DNA from: Octopus sinensis
Lineage: Eukaryota
Length of the DNA: 8,947 bases
Direction: 5' to 3'
Assembly: GCF_006345805.1 (NCBI RefSeq)
Contig: NW_021828112.1
Span: 1 to 8,947 of the forward strand
The notes beneath the pieces were generated by a model, which searched no databases, was not told the origin of the DNA, and worked only from the letters and a program-made list of their open reading frames with translations. Numbering within the stretch: the stretch's first letter is position 1; each line of letters starts with the position of its first letter. The position numbers were made by a program, and so were the translations under genes. Of the stretch, positions 7,103 to 8,947 are shown one piece after another.

Positions 7103-7368
7103 TGAAAAGGATGCGACGAAAGGATGCGATAGAAATCTGTGAAAAAAAAATGAAAACATATATAAAAAAAACCCAAAAACAAGTAAACTACCACAAAGTA
7201 GAAGTGAAAAATATAAACCCAAAACCGAACCAAAAAAAAATAATTAAAAAAATAATCAAAAAATATAAAAATACAAATTGCAATAAAAACAAACAAACAG
7301 TTTGAAGGTCCTTAACGTAAGTACATCGAGGTGTGCATCATTTATCTGATAAAATCGCATCCTCTTAT

Positions 7369-7555
7369 TCCTCCTCCTCCTCCTCCTCTTCTGCTTCTAC
7401 CTCTTCCTGCTCCTCCTACTCCTCCTGTGCACGCGCACCGACCGGTCTCATATTCCCATCCTGCACTTCGGCTCCATCTTGTGGAACCCTGTCGTCGTTA
7501 TCATCATCATCATCACCACACCCACCACCACCAACATTATTACCACTGCTACTGC

Positions 7556-7588
<33 letters not shown>

Positions 7589-7666
7589 TATTGACTACCA
7601 TCACCACCATCGCCGTCATCATCGTAATCATTGCCATCATGATTATCATCATCATCATCACCGTCA
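7369..7666. repeat. (TCC)n and degenerate (CAT)n trinucleotide arrays
   Basis: (TCC) about 7369-7415, (CAT/CAC) about 7499-7662. Confidence 0.9.
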
Positions 7667-7759
7667 TCCTCACACAGCATCCGATTACTCGGGCCCTGTG
7701 TCCGTACCAGCTGTTTTAACACGATACTCTATCAAATTCTCCCAATCCACCCCCTTTTT

Positions 7760-8098
7760 ATATATATACATACAGATATATATATATATATATATATAAT
7801 ATGTGTGTGTGTGTGTGTGGTGTGTGTGTGTGAATATATGCATAAATATAATTCAACTGTATGTATATATCTATATATAAAGAAATATAAAATATATATG
7901 AACTACAATACATAGACATGTATATATATGCGGATTATAGATATATTATATAGATATATATATATATATATCTATATTATATATATATACAATATATATA
8001 CACACACATATATACACACACATATATATTATATATTCGTTCTTTCTTATAAATATAGATGCTGCATACATATATGTATATATATATATATATATTTA

Positions 8099-8171
<73 letters not shown>

Positions 8172-8178
8172 TGTATGC

Positions 8179-8210
<32 letters not shown>

Positions 8211-8212
8211 TC
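7760..8212. repeat. Compound (TA)n/(TG)n/(CA)n microsatellite region
   Basis: Direct reading. Confidence 0.9.
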
Positions 8213-8397
8213 TCCTGTTTTCGTGTTCCTCTGAAGAAAATCATCATTAATAATGTTGTTACTGTTGTTGTTATTTCGGTTTCTATCCATCTTGATAAGA
8301 TAACAGTTATGTTATCGACTTGCAGGGGCGCGTGTCAGTGCGTGTGTGTACGGGAACGTGGTGCGCGCGCGGCTCGTTTTATTTAATTGCACTTACG

Positions 8398-8505
8398 CAC
8401 ACATACATACATACATATATATGTATATATACATACATGCATACATACATCTACATATACATATATATTTATACATACACATACATACATTCATATATAT
8501 GTATA

Positions 8506-8542
<37 letters not shown>

Positions 8543-8720
8543 GCGTATGTGTATATATATATATGTCTATTACAATACATATATATATATAGTTCTGTAT
8601 ATGCATGTTTTATATGTACGGATGCACAATAAACAAACATATATATGTGTGCGTGTGTGCGTGTATGTGTCTATACGTGTGTCTGTGTGTGTGAGAGAGT
8701 GTATATGTGTGTGTGTGAAT
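8398..8720. repeat. Compound (TACA)n/(TA)n/(TG)n microsatellite region
   Basis: Direct reading. Confidence 0.9.
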
Positions 8721-8750
8721 GTATTACCATATATCAAATAAAAGAGAAAA

Positions 8751-8831
<81 letters not shown>
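8751..8831. repeat. (TAC)11(TAA)16 compound microsatellite
   Basis: Direct reading. Confidence 0.95.
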
Positions 8832-8833
<2 letters not shown>

Positions 8834-8947
8834 GATAATAAAAAATGACACACGCAGGGGACAAGCGTGTACCATTCGCCCCCAAAGGGAAGAGGTAGGG
8901 TGTGTTAATGATACCCGCCTCCGGCAGCTGTTGGCTTGTGCCTGTGA

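Noticed and set aside
5989-7296. Long minus-strand ORFs (435 aa poly-Ile, 393 aa poly-His) and plus-strand poly-Met ORFs
   Set aside because: They are translations of the (GAT/ATC)n array, which lacks stops in those frames; no domain-like content.
7087-7305. 72-aa Lys-rich ORF
   Set aside because: Explained by A-rich low-complexity sequence; it starts within the (GAT)n array.
8391-8400. Minus-strand donor consensus GC|GTAAGT
   Set aside because: The upstream 'exon' would be pure (TATG)/(TA) microsatellite.

Overview
Non-coding, repeat-dense eukaryotic DNA, most likely intronic or intergenic sequence from an octopus. This assignment is recalled from the tRNA-derived SINE families and the very high microsatellite load, not from a database search. 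No protein-coding gene is supported: every long ORF in the track is a microsatellite or SINE translation. The window holds about 10 SINE pieces from three tRNA-derived families, several nested inside each other with readable target-site duplications (TSDs). It also has a 54-bp perfect tandem duplication, large compound microsatellites, and an unexplained 32-bp perfect inverted repeat (4584-4615 / 5110-5141). That repeat brackets a SINE and a tight octamer/E-box/CCAAT motif cluster and may mark a non-autonomous DNA transposon (MITE). I see no evidence for a new gene system; the interesting signals concern mobile-element biology and possible regulatory or dsRNA structure.
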